Shown here piece by piece: positions 49,013 to 62,889 of a stretch of DNA of 64,000 nucleotides. Under the pieces are notes generated by a model. The model did no database searches and was not told the DNA's origin. It was given only the letters and a program-made list of their open reading frames with translations. Within the stretch, counting starts at the first letter, position 1, and each line of letters begins with the position of its first letter. The stretch lies in the NCBI RefSeq assembly GCF_009914755.1, contig NC_060925.1. One strand, 5' to 3'. The DNA comes from the human T2T-CHM13v2.0 reference genome, Homo sapiens. Made by a program: the position numbers and the translations under genes.

Positions 49013-51977
49013 AAAAGGAGCCATCTTAAAATACACCAGAACAGTCTATTCTTCACAAGGCCTGCTCTCAGGAGAAGCTATTTTACCAGAACCTAATCTG
49101 CTGGGGTTTTTATCAGAGTCTGACCTACCTAGGGAAAAGAAAATGCCCAACTCAAGTTCCCGCTAGGCTTCCAGGTGGGAGAAGAAAATAGCCAGTTCTA
49201 GGCCCTCTAGCCATCCTGTCCTACCTAAGAGGGGAGAAACACTGAGAAGCACTTGAGAAGTTCATAGTTCATGAGCACAGGCTCACCAAAAGACTGAAAC
49301 CTAATCATAGGACCACAGTATGCATCCCTTTCCTTCACACCTTAACACTATTATCAAAGTCTCATTCATCACAATTCCTTTTACCAGAACATCATGCACA
49401 ACTTCCAACAAAAAATTACAGGCATACTAAAAAGGGAAGAGATGGAACATGAATCAGAACCAGAGTCAGATACAGCAAGAATGTTAGAATTGTCGCATCA
49501 GAAATTTTTAAAAATCTGTGATGAATATGTTAAAGAATTTAATGGAAAAAAGCAGACAACATGCAAGAACAAATTGGCAGTGTAAACAGAGGCGAAAATT
49601 ATAAGAAAGAATCTAAAAAAATGCTAGAGATCAAAAACACTAACAGAAATGAAAAATGCCTTTGCTGGACTTACTAGTAGACTGGACACATCTGAGGAAA
49701 GAATCTTTGAGCTTGAGTGTATTACAATAGAAACTCCTGAAACTGAAAAGTGAAGAGAAAAAAAAAAAAAACTAGAAAAAAGAACAGAATATTCAAGAAC
49801 TGTGGGACAACTACAAAAGGTAATGCTAATGTGTAATGCGAATGCCAAAGGACAAGAAAGACAGAAAGGAACTGAAGCACTATTTGAAGCAAGAATGCCT
49901 GAGACTTTCCCCCAAATTAATGTCAAACACCAAACCACAAATTCAGGGAGCTCCGAGAAGACCAAGCAGAAGATATGTTTTAAAAAAACTGCACCAAAAA
50001 ATACATATTATATTTAAATTTCAGAGAATCAAAGACAAAGACAAACTCTTGAAAAGAGCCAGAGGAAAACCACACCTTACCTATAGAGGAGCAAATACAA
50101 GAATTAAATACAAGCAAGAAATTAATAGAGTGAAATATTTGAAGTGTTGAGAGAAAACAAAACAAAAAGTATAGAACTCTGTTACCCTGAAAAATTACCT
50201 TTCAAAAGTGAAGGAAAAATAAAACTTTCTCAGGCAAACAAAAGCCAAGGGCATTGTTGCCTGCATTGCAAAAAATGTTAAAAAAAATTTCTTCAGAAAG
50301 AAGGAAAATAGTAGAGGTCAGAAACTCAGATTTACATTTAAAAAGGAAGAACATCAAAGAAGGAATAAATGAAAGTAAAATATTTTCCATTTTTTATTCT
50401 TAATTGACCTAACACATGACAGTGTTTAAAATAATAATAGTAGCAACGTATTTGATTATATATTTTATATATGTATATGTAATTTATACATATTTAAATA
50501 TTTATATATGTCTTACATATATACATATACATATATACACTTATGTATACACTTATATATAAGTGAAATGAATGACAGCAATAATATGAGAGATAGAAGA
50601 AGGAATTAGTAATACTTTGTTTTGATAAGATACTTGCACTATTCATGAAGTGACACAGTGTTGTTTGAGGGTGGAGTTGGATTAATTGTAAATGTATATT
50701 GTAAACCCTAGAGCAACCACTAAAAATTTAAAAAAGAAATATATAATTGATATGCTAAGAAAAGAAAGAAAATGGAATCAGTGAAAACCCCAGAGGCAGA
50801 AAAAGCATGGAAGACAAAATAGGAACCGAAAATAAGGGCAACAAGTAGAAAACAGTAACAAATATGGTAGATATCAATTCACCTATATTAACAACCACTT
50901 TAAGGGTCAAAGTTCTAAATACACCAATTAAAAGACAGAGATGGTCAAAGTAGATCAAGGCAAGATCCAAATACATATTGTTTACAAAAAACTTACTTCA
51001 TGTAATATATAAAAATATATGAATAAAATTGATGGAGAAAGATATACCATGTTAACACTAATCAAAGAAAAGGCAGGAGTGGCAATTTCAAGCAAAATCT
51101 GAGCAAATTATTTTGAGGATATCAGCAAATTGATTCTAAAATTTTATTTAGGAAAGCCAACTACCCAGAATAATCAAATAATACCGAAAGAGAAGAAGTC
51201 ACAGGATTGACACTACCTAACTTCAAGATTTTACTATAAAACAATACTAGCCAAGACTGTATGGTATTGGTGAAAGAACAGACAAATAGATCTATGGAAC
51301 AGAATAGAGAGCCCAGGAATAGACTCACATAAATGTAGTCAACTGATCTTTGGCAAAGGAGCAAAGACAATGGCAATACAATGGAGCAAAGATACTTACT
51401 CAACAAAGGGACCATTTCAACACATGGTATTAGAACAAAGAGACATCCACAGGCACACACAAAAAGGGCCTCAACACAGATCTTTCATCCTTTGTAAACA
51501 TTAACTTAACAATAGATCATAGACCTAAAGGTAAATTATAAAACAATAAAACTTTTAGAAGGATAATGCAAGAATAAATCTAGATGACCTTAGGTATGGT
51601 GATGATATTTTAGGTATAACATAAAAGGCCATTCCATGAAATAACCAATTGATAAAATGGATTTTCTTAAAACTAAAACTTCTACACTGTGAAAGACAAC
51701 ATCGAAAGATTAGAAGACAAGCCACAGAATGGGAGAAAATATTTCCAAAGACATATCTAATAAAAGACTGTTATCCAAAATACACAAAAAGTGCTTAAGA
51801 ACTCAACAGACAAACCAACAACTTGTTTTTAAAAAAATGAGTAAAAGACTTGAACAGACACCTCACGAAAGTAGATATACAGATGGAAAGTATGCATATG
51901 AAAAAATGTTCAACATCATATATCATTTACAAGTTGCAAATTAAAAATAACAATGAGCTACCACTACTTGCCTATTA

Positions 51978-52334
<357 letters not shown>

Positions 52335-53271
52335 TCACATTTATTTCTGGTGGGAATGCAAAATGGTACAGCCACTTTGGAAGACAATTTGACCATATCT
52401 TAAAAAACTAAGCATGCTTTTCTCATATGGTCCAGCAATCATGCTCCTTAATACTTACCTAAATGAATTGAAAGGTTATGTCCACACAAACACCTGTACA
52501 TGGATGTTTATAGCAGCTTTATTTATAATTGCCAAAATTTGGAAGCAAACGAGATTTCCTCCAGTAGGTTAATGGATAAACGGTGGTATATCCAGATGAT
52601 GCAATATTATTTAGCCACAAAATAAATGAACTAGCAAGCCATGAAAAGAAAGGGAGGAAACTTAATTGTATTACTAAGTTAAAGAAGCCAATCTGAAAAA
52701 AATTACATACTTTCTCTTTCAGTCATATGACATTCTGGAAAAAGCCAAACTATGGAGACAGTGAAAAATGAGTTACACCAAGAGGGTTAGGAGGGGGAGA
52801 AAGATAAATAAGTAGAGCACAGAAGATTTTTAGGGCAATGAAACTATTCTGTGAATGGCAGATCCACATCACTATGCATTTGTCAACACCTATTGAATAT
52901 GCAACTCCAAAAGTGAAACTTAATATAAACAATGGACTTCGGGTGATAATGGTGTGTCAATATAGGTATATTGATTGTAGCTAATACATCACTGTAGTGT
53001 GGGTTGTCAATAGTGGGAGAGATTATGTCAGGGGCCAGGGAGTACATGGAAACTCTCTGTACTTTATGCTAAATTTTGCTGAGACCCCAAAACTTTAAAA
53101 TTAATGTTTATTAATTTAAAAAAATCACAAATTATTTAATATTATGTCATAGTCCCAAAGATATTCCTTAGGAGTGAAAATAATATTCAGTAAGTAATAC
53201 CCATGATTTTTAAAAAAATTTGGGACACATTGATCTCGTGATACTGAATTTGTTTAGATCTCTGTCTTTAC

Positions 53272-53351
53272 CTGGAGAAAGTGAATAATTTGTTAATGGA
53301 TTAGGATTCAACTCATTCCATGGTTTACTTATTTCACTTAACGATAAATGC
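53272..53351 (-). pseudogene. Pseudo-exon 2 (80 bp, phase 2 to 1)
   Basis: ataacag| HLSLSEISKPWNELNPNPLTNYSLSP |gtaaag; open frame; 120-bp intron to exon 1. Confidence 0.6.
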
Positions 53352-53471
53352 CTGTTATAATTTGACTCCCAAAAAGGGACAAGCAACAAGAATGTGCTTT
53401 TTTAAACCATTAATCAACACTCTATATTTTCTCATTAAAATAGCAGGCTACATTCTTAGTGAATGACCTAC

Positions 53472-53627
53472 CATGTTCACCAAAATTGACAATATTGAAG
53501 AACATTCTTTAGATTCCTTGGTTATAAACAACCACTTTATTGTCTGATTAGAGATAAGCTGCACGCACACACACATAACGATATAAACCACAAAACTGCT
53601 ATACACAGCCATAATGCTTTTTGCCAT
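53472..53627 (-). pseudogene. Pseudo-exon 1: start codon, signal peptide, start of lectin-like repeat 1
   Basis: acaATGg Kozak context; MAKSIMAVYSSFVVYIVMCVCVQLISNQTIKWLFITKES, then after a frameshift KNVLQYCQFW*TW; donor ATG|gtaggt. Confidence 0.6.
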
Positions 53628-54459
53628 TGTGTGAACTCTCAACTCCTACCTTTCTGCTCCACATATACATAGGACCTATGGGACCATGCACATAGCCAGC
53701 ATGATAAAGTTGGGGGAAACAACCTCCCATGTACTCCATGTACTCAATATTATGCATGGGCTAGTTACTAGCTTCTTTGTGCCTCAGTTTACTGTTTGTT
53801 AAACATTCCTTATGACAACCAACCATATCAAAGGAGAAGAAAATATGAACTAACATGCAAGTATAGAGATGCTACTACATAAGCAAAATCTTACCAAACT
53901 GTAATATTAATGTGGAGTGATAGGAAGCAAGGAATTGAGGGTTAACAAAATTTCCCTTAATGGAGGGAATGTTTTGAGAGTTTGAGAGGTCCTGAGAGAC
54001 CTTGGTGGTTTGAACTTAACAAAGATCTTATGCAACCAACACCTGTAGCTGGGTTAAGGGAGTGTAGGATACAGCTGCTTAAAAGGAATTTTCCATCTCT
54101 ACAGGAATCTAGCAGCCCAAAGGGACATTGCAAATAGTAAAGATGTGGGCTACGGAACAGCAGGCTTAAAACTCCCTATCAAAGTGGGAAATAAAAGGTC
54201 ATTCTCAAAGTGGGTAAGTAGACATTTATCCAAATGTCAGAGGGATTGAGCACACGTGAGCGCATCTTGAGAGTTTGTTGGCTTGGTGTCAAAGGACATT
54301 TATTGATGGGACACTGAGCAGTGTCACACAAATGTACTTTGTTTCAGCTTAATTGGACTTTCCCCCAGGTATCTAGGGTAAGTAATGCTAGAGGTATCTG
54401 GGGACCTAAAATCAGAGAGTATGGTGGAAAATATGATGATGTACTTCAACATATCAAAT

Positions 54460-54753
54460 TTTCATGAAATTTTTTATGCAAGGAATTTTTATAATAATAT
54501 CGAAGTTTCAATAGTTGTGGTTTATACTATCTCAAGAAGCAAGGACAAATACAGGTTATTCATAGACTACTTCTGTTCATACATTCCATATATATTTATT
54601 GAATGTCTAGTATGTGTCAAACACTATTGGCCTTGAAGTTGGGCTGAGTCTCAGTCAGCAGTTTTTTCAGCAAACTGGCCTTACAGGTGTGTCAAATATT
54701 AGTAAATGATCTAGGTGCTTTGAATGTAAAGTTATCCAGAGGTAAAGGACTCT
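54460..54753 (+). repeat. Inverted repeat, left arm
   Basis: Reverse complement of 56474-56771, with about 7 substitutions and one 4-bp indel by manual alignment. Confidence 0.97.
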
Positions 54754-55525
54754 GGATAACTTTACAAAATCAAAGTAGCAAAATCATCTTTACAAGACAG
54801 TAAACATAAAGGAGCCACACCCAAGTTAGAATTTGGAGAACCAGATTCACAGGAGACTTTGGTTACCTCAGGTCATCATTCAAAGCTCGAGGAACAGCAG
54901 TGATACTTCCAACTCAGGTGATGGAGTGAACAACAGCATGAATGATAACTGGCAGAAACAGCAAATAGTGAGAATATTTACCAGGGACACCGCAAAATGA
55001 TGAAAGGATTTCAGTGTCATTCTTCTCACTCAGTTGAACTGAGAGCTAAATGTGCTTTTTCAAACCGTTCTATTAACCAAGTACTCCATAAACAGTATGG
55101 ACCAAGGATACAAGAGAGACACAAATAAATAAATCTAAAAATTAATGATGGATATAGGGGGAAACTATTTCTTAAAGAAATTAACAACAGCCTAAAAGCA
55201 AAGAAAAAATGAAAATATATAGATCTCTGCAGATGAGTCATGAATCTATAAATATAACCTCATTTTACTTAACTCTCACAGCAAAAGACAAAGATCAGCC
55301 AAACAGGTTTAAGTACTAGATCCAACATGTTGATCTGTCTCTATCCCATATCAGTTCAGTTTCAAAGGAATTTTGCCAAGACTGTCTCCTTTGAAAAGGG
55401 TACATAAAAGCACTTCAGAATTTTCCCTTAGGAGAAATATGAGTCATCATTGGCTTTATACAAGTTTTTGTGTGATATTCAAGGGGAAAAACAAAATACC
55501 TGCTTTTAGAGATGGTGTTAGAAAC

Positions 55526-55609
55526 AAATTTCTTAGACAAACTGAAAACAATGCCTCAGAAATGAAGAAATAAAATTTCTTAGACAAACTGAAAACAATG
55601 CCTCAGAAA
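55526..55609 (+). repeat. Perfect 37-bp direct repeat
   Basis: aaatttcttagacaaactgaaaacaatgcctcagaaa at 55526-55562 and 55573-55609. Confidence 0.95.
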
Positions 55610-55686
55610 CAATGCCTTGAAATGTGTTTCAAACTTAAAATGTCTGTGAATGAGGTAAAACTATTTGTAGGAAATGTATTTGTATC

Positions 55687-56188
55687 TGTATGAGTCAAGG
55701 TTCCCCAGAGAAACATAACTAATGGGATATGTATATATATCCAAAAAATATTTATTTTAAAGGATTGGCTCACACAATTATAGAAGCCGGCAAGTCCGAA
55801 ATCTGCAAGGCAGACCGGCAGACTGGAAGACATGCAGGGCAGACTGGCAGGCTGGAGGATTGGCACCCAGGAAGCACTGCTACTCAGTTTAGGTCCAAAA
55901 GCTGTCAGGCTAAGAAACCAGGACCCAGTGTTGCACCTCAAGTCTGAAGGGTGTGTGGCATGATTCTCTCTTTCTTGACAGAAGTCAATCTTTTGTTCTC
56001 TTCAGGTCTTCCACTGCTTGGTTGAGGCCCATTCACATTTGTGGAGGGCAATCTGCTTTATTCAAAAGTCACCAATTTAAATGTTACTTTCATCCAAAAA
56101 CTCCCTCACGGAAACCTCCAGAACAATGTTTGATCACATATCTGGCATCATGGCCCAGCCATGTTGACACATAAAATTAACCATCACA
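55687..56188 (-). mobile_element. MLT2 (ERVL) solo LTR
   Basis: Ends gttgacacataaaattaaccatcaca; perfect TSD GTATC. Confidence 0.92.
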
Positions 56189-56473
56189 GTATCTATATAA
56201 CCCACTTTATTTTTTAAAAAATTTAGTCTTTTGTCCAAAAATCATAAACACGTTTTCAGAGAAGACCCCCTAAATGTAGAATATTATATTGATTGCCTAC
56301 AATTATGAAATAAATGAACTTTTCATAGCTCCTGTTAATACCAATGCTTCAGGCACCAAAATCTCTGACATTTTTCTCAGTGGGTCAATAAATAAGCTCA
56401 AAATTTGCCAAAGAATTATGTCTGTGCTCAACAATTACAGAAAGAGAGTATGAGAGACCACTATTCCCAGAAG

Positions 56474-56771
56474 AGAGTCCTTTACCTCTGGATAACTTTA
56501 CATTCAAAGCACCTAGATCATTTACTAATATTTGGCACACCTGTAAGGCCAGTTTGCTGAAAAAACTGCTGACTGAGACTCAGCCCAACTTCAGGGCCAA
56601 TAGTGTTTGACACATACTAGACATTCAATAAATATGTATGGAATATATGAACAGAAGTAGTCTATGAATAACCTGTATTTGTCCTTGCTTCTTGAGATAG
56701 TATAAACCACAACTATTGAAACTTTGATATTACTTATTATAAAAATTCCTTGCATAAACAATTTCATGGAA
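56474..56771 (-). repeat. Inverted repeat, right arm
   Basis: Reverse complement of 54460-54753. Confidence 0.97.
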
Positions 56772-57999
56772 GTCTTTCAGTCTGGAATTTGTGTCTTTGA
56801 TATCACTAAGTGGTGCTCAAGCTGATTTTTGAAAGTGTTCGAAATTCATTTTTATTTATGCCTGCATGCAGCTCTCAACACAAACGTATGCTCCTTTTAT
56901 TATGTATTCCTTTCTTCTTTCTAGTTCATCCCTTTCTTTTCTCTTCTTATTTTTCTCTTTTAACATTTTTTGTTTCTCTTTTCTTCTTTGCAGTGTTTTA
57001 GGCTTAAAAGAGCCCTCTCCTGCCCCGTGTGATATTATTTAGTCCTTTTACAGGCACTTGAAACTATAGTCATTCAGCTTTTCAATGGTCTTAAATTAAA
57101 TCATTTGTTATTTGCATTAATGTGCTTCAGTGTTTATCTCATAGAGTTCTTTCCACAAAGTGTAAAGTTAATGACAGATATTATAAGGATGAATCATGAT
57201 TGATGAAAACGATGGTGATGATGATGCTGTTGTTGGCAAGTGACTTGCAGAGTGGACTACTGACATTTTTTACCGCCTGGCTTCTCTCTCATTTTGATAG
57301 AATAACTGCCCTTTGACAAACATCCCTCTTAAACTTTGCTTTTTAATTTTTTTCTAAGTGAGACAAACAAACAAAATTGCACCTGGCAAATGCTGATTAA
57401 GCCAAGGGCAAATGCCTGACTCTGGAGAAAACTCATATAGGTTGGCCAGTGATTTGTGGAATTGTTAGAAAAGAGAAGCTGGTTTATTATTATTCCAACT
57501 CCAGGACTTTGATATATAAAAGATTCTGTTAGTAAAATGTGCTACAGCTGGGAGGTCACAATAAAAGTTTACACTGGTGGCCATTGCCCAAATATATGCA
57601 TAAATCAATCAAGCCAGAGGGTGGATGGAGTTAATGTTGTAGATAAATGCAGCCAATTCAGGAGAATAAGAGTACAGAGAGATTTTATAGCACCTGAGAG
57701 ATGCAGAGGAGCCTAATTTTACACTTGAAATTTCTAGTTCTACTTCTTTCTAAGATTCATGAGATGCCCAGGTGGTTTTCTGTTTCTTGATATCAGAAGA
57801 GTCATAAAAGATTTTCAGGAGTCTCTGTCTCAGAAGAAAAAACAATTATAATATTTTATGTTATCATAACCTTCAACATATACTCTACATAGCTATATTT
57901 GTTCAGCATCTACTGTATACAAAAGCCTCCCCAGAAATCACAGAAATAGTATAGGATATAGCAAAGAAATAGGATATAGTAATCCTATATTTTATCTTC

Positions 58000-58395
58000 A
58001 CAGAATTGGATGAGTTTTAGTAGGTCACATATTCCAGCAAAAGCATGTTTCTCTTAGTTTCCCATGCAGCTAGGTGAGGTCACGTGAGTAGCTTCTAGCT
58101 GTGAATTGGAAGTGCTCTGTGCAACTTCTAGGTGAGGTCTTTAAAGATAGGGAGCATACTTTCTATCCTCCCTTATACCTTTCCTGTTGAGTAGGATATA
58201 GCCATTACAGTAACAATCATCTTAAACTACAATATGGTAGCCAGACCATGGTGACGGCAGTCTCTAATATTACGGACCTTTCATTTAAGATCTGGATTAT
58301 TTACCCTTGTATTCTTGCATGAAATCTCCATGTTATTTAACTCAATGTTACTTTGTCTTTGCTACAGCAGCCAAAGAGATATACTAACAAACAAC
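58000..58395 (+). mobile_element. MLT1J/K-like LTR relic
   Basis: gcagctaggtgaggtcacgtgagtagcttctagc ... ttgctacagcagcc. Confidence 0.55.
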
Positions 58396-59764
58396 ATTGA
58401 TGAGAAGGAGATTCTGTTAATAGGAGGAAGGAAAAGCATCAAAGGTAATTAGATGAAGTAAGATGATTTAGTTTTGGAATTTAGAAGGAAGTGCATACTT
58501 CACCAAGATGTTAAAAGAAATAGGCAAAAAAAAAAAAAAAAAAAAGAGGAAAACTGCACAAAGTTAATGTGTTCTCAACCACAAAAATAAAGTGAGTAAA
58601 GAACACAGCAGATGTTTCCCCAAATATAGTTGAGGTAGTGGTTAAGGATGAACTTCATATGCACCCCCCTGATTGCCCTAAAAAAAAAGTATACTTCTCT
58701 ATATTTAATGTAATCTACATGCAGATATAGAAAAAAAGATATAACCTGCTACATATTATCTAATTAGCACCTCATCTAGGGTAGATCCAGGTATTTCTGA
58801 CATCAACAATAACTAAGGTCATGGTTAGAGAACTTTAATTATATAGAAAACGATGAATTTGAACTTGTGCTTGAAAAATCTTCTGTGAACGGCATGCTTG
58901 CTTTTCCCTAGGACTTTGCTAAAAGTAATGTAGATAATAAGTATGTAGTCCTTATCTACAGTCTCACAAATTCCGGTTATTGGCCTTACTATCTTGAAGA
59001 ACTCTTTATCTGAGAAATGTTTTAAGTTCCTTTTCTTGGTGACCTGTGTGAGCTGCTTTGGGATTCAAGTAATTGTAGAAGCTTGCTGTTAGATTGTTTT
59101 CCTTGCGCTTATCATTATCAACCAGGGAGAATGGAATGGCCCAGTGAGGGCTGTGGGAGAAAGGGAGGGAGACAAGAATCTGTAGAAACCTTTAGAGTTT
59201 AATAAAGGTTCCAAAAACAAATATGCTGAATCTAGATCTGTAATCAACATGAAACGTTTCTGTTTTGATGATGGCGGGATGGACTGTCCTCTCCCCAGCT
59301 ATGATGATGGTTAATCTAAGATAGAAAGCAAATCTTAATTAGATACGTTAAATGCATTTATTCCTATTAAATATTGGCTTTATTTCTTGTAGGACAACAA
59401 TAATGATTAATGTTACAGAATTGCATTTGTGTAAACATAGATTTTAGTACTTAACAATAATTATAGAAAGCTGTGAACTTGGATTTCCAAGGACAGAGAG
59501 AAATAAAGAAGTAAATAATACTAATTTATATGGACATATTATATCCTAAATATCAGAATAATAGTTTCTTCCCTTGAAAGACTTAGATAGTTTTTGCTCG
59601 GGGAAGCCTTCTCAGAATTCCTACCCATGTATCTAGGTTAGGTGTTTCTTTTCTGTGCTTCAATAGCACAACTTATCACTCCATTATAATACTTTTGTAA
59701 ATTTATTTTTCTGCCTCTATACAGTAAACTCTCTGATAGTAGGAATATATATTACTTGATCACC

Positions 59765-60840
59765 ATATGTTCCAGTTATCAATTTCCAGATAACAAATAA
59801 CTCCAACACATTGTGGCTTAAAGGAACAATCATTCTGTTCACAATTTTGTAAACACATGTAACAAATTATGTACAAATTCTGTTGTAAACAAATTCTGTA
59901 AAATTCTGTAAACAAAACAGAGTGTAGAGCCCTGCCATCTGGACAGGACTCAGTGAGAAAGTCTTGCCTTTGTTCCACACAGTGGATGAACTGGGGCTGG
60001 AAAATCTGCTTCCAAGATGGCTTCTTTGAATGGTTTGTGTATTCATTATCTATTACTGTGTGACAATTTACTTCAAATGTAGCGGCTTAAAAATATAATC
60101 AGCATTTGGGTTTTTTTTAACACAGTTTCTGTGGATTGAGTATGCAAGGAAGAATTAGCTGGGTGGTTCTGCTCAAAACCTGTTCTCAGAACAGTTTTGT
60201 GGTTGCGAATAGCTGGGTGGTTCTGCTCAAAACCTGTCATGATACTGTAGCCTAGGGTTGCAGTCACCTGAAAGTATGACGGAGGCTAGGGAATCTTATT
60301 TGTAAATGGCTCACTCACACAGATAGGGAGCTGGTATTGGCTATTTGTAGAAGACCTGAGTTCCTTACCACAAGGACCGATCATCGGACTGCATGACACA
60401 GCAGTTGGCTTTCCTCAGAGTGGTCTAAAAGACAGCAAAACAAAAGCTGCAATGGCTTTTAATGCTTACCCTATGAGGTCACACGCTGTTATTTCTGTAA
60501 TATCTTGTTGGTCACACAGTTCAGTCCTATTCAGTGTGAATACAAGAAGGTAGGAATTATTATGGCCACTTTAAAGTCTGGCTACCTACCACAGCTGCTA
60601 TATTGGCATTAGCTATTACCTGTGCTTTCCCATAAGGCTCCTCGGACTTCCTCACAGCATGGTGACTGCATCTCAAGAGAAAGAGGAAGCAAGGAAATTA
60701 AGACGCAGAAAGTAACACAGGGACTATACCAGTTTTTAAATCCTATACCCAAAGATGGATACATTATTTCCACTTTATTCTACCAATGAAAGCAGTTATT
60801 TATCCCACACAGAATAATCTATAAAAGAAATGACAAAGAA
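59765..60840 (-). mobile_element. Nested old MLT1 LTR relics
   Basis: Two LTR-end motifs (about 59770 and 60040); ccaagatggcttc and ggctcactcaca motifs. Confidence 0.6.
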
Positions 60841-60848
60841 TTTGTGAT

Positions 60849-61118
60849 TTTTTTTTTTTTTTGAGATGGAGTCTCACTCTGTCACCCAGGCTGGAGTGCA
60901 GTGGCACTATCTCGGGTTCAGGTGATTCTCCTGCCTCAGTCTCCCAAGTAGCTGGGACTATAGGCTCACACCACCACGCCCGGCTAATTTTTGTATTTTT
61001 GGTAGAGACAGGGTTTCACTATGTTGGCCAGGATGGTCTCCCTCTCTTGACCTCATGATCTGCCCACCTTGGCCTCCAAAAGTGCTGGGATTACAGATGT
61101 GAGCCACTGCGCCCAGCC
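60849..61118 (-). mobile_element. AluS with ~22-bp internal deletion
   Basis: ctcgg|gttcaggtg skips ctcactgcaacctccgcctccc; TSD atttgtgat. Confidence 0.9.
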
Positions 61119-61464
61119 ATTTGTGATCATCTTTACAGTCATGTGTATGACATATAAACTAAGCACAATGTTCTGAATTCCATAGGCAATCATTAAATGT
61201 GGGTTCAAAACATGAATGTATTTTGAGTTTAATTTTTAAAGTATTGATTGGTATAGTTATATGCAATAAACATTTTAGAATTGAAATTTTTACATACACT
61301 AATACATTCACAAATAGAATAAATAAAAGATGCTTTTATGTTCCAGTTAAAGTGCATATTATATTATTTAATATTAGCCATTATCATTTCTTCCATGGAA
61401 GCTGCTTTCTCAAAACATTTTTTTTTCTGTAAAAATGAGTTTTGAGTGGAACCTGAGACTACTA

Positions 61465-61797
<333 letters not shown>

Positions 61798-62889
61798 CTG
61801 TTACTATTTAAGGTTGAGTTAGTAGACAATATATAGTACAGCCATTAAGGAAACTTCGTAGAATTTATTTGAAGGGATGAAGACCTTTATAAGGTAGAAA
61901 AATCAGAAGACAGCTAAGATAAAGTTTCATAAAATGTCTTATAACATATGGCTTACTCATAATGAACTATACTAAGAAAGTATAATTCCGAACATTTATT
62001 TTTTTTTGCACTGTTATAAAAAGATATAACCAAATTGGTTCAGGCAATACTACCTAGTTTAAAAATAGCACTTAAAGCATAAATGTCTACATTGTTTATA
62101 CTTTTTAACAAAGAGCTAAGTGTATTTTTTGAAAGGTAGTAAAATAAAATTGCAGTTCTGTTGCATCAAGTTTCACCTTTAGACAGTACTTTTAAACCAA
62201 ATTATAAAGGTTTTATAAAAGCAAGGCAGGCATTTAATTACTATCCCAAGAGCAGTACCATTCCAATATAAGTCAGTAACAACACATATTATCAATCAAA
62301 TTGAATTTTCAAGACTGCTTTGTGCAGAATACACACTCGATTATGTACTTTGTGTCACGAATACTTTTCTAAGGACCTTAATCCATATTGGCTTTAACCC
62401 TGTCCCCTAAGGTTCTTTGTGGCATTCAATCTGGAGTGAGAATTTGTAGTGAATAGATAAACAGTATGGTATCTAGTCGTTGTATGCAACCATAGCATGG
62501 ACTGGATTTTGTTGCTATTTCACAGCTAAGCACAAGCTGCAGCAAATTGACCATGACCTGAATAATCAGAAAAAAAATGTGCATTAATTTTCACCTTGAA
62601 TAGCTATACTGAAGTTTTATTTAGCAAATAAATTGTCCATAAAGTTTTCTCTTTATTAACATCTCTCCTAGTAAATTATTTTGAAAACAAGGCAAAGTCT
62701 ATAATACTTTTCTATATTAAATACTATACACAATGAAGGTAACTTGGACAGACTGATATGCGTTCACAGGAAAAAAAGATCCCCTGCTTTATTACCATAA
62801 GTCAATAAATAGAAAAAAATTCTTTTCAGAGGTGATATTTAAACTTAAATCTGAAATATGAGAACACAGCAGATTTCAAGGATCCCCAG

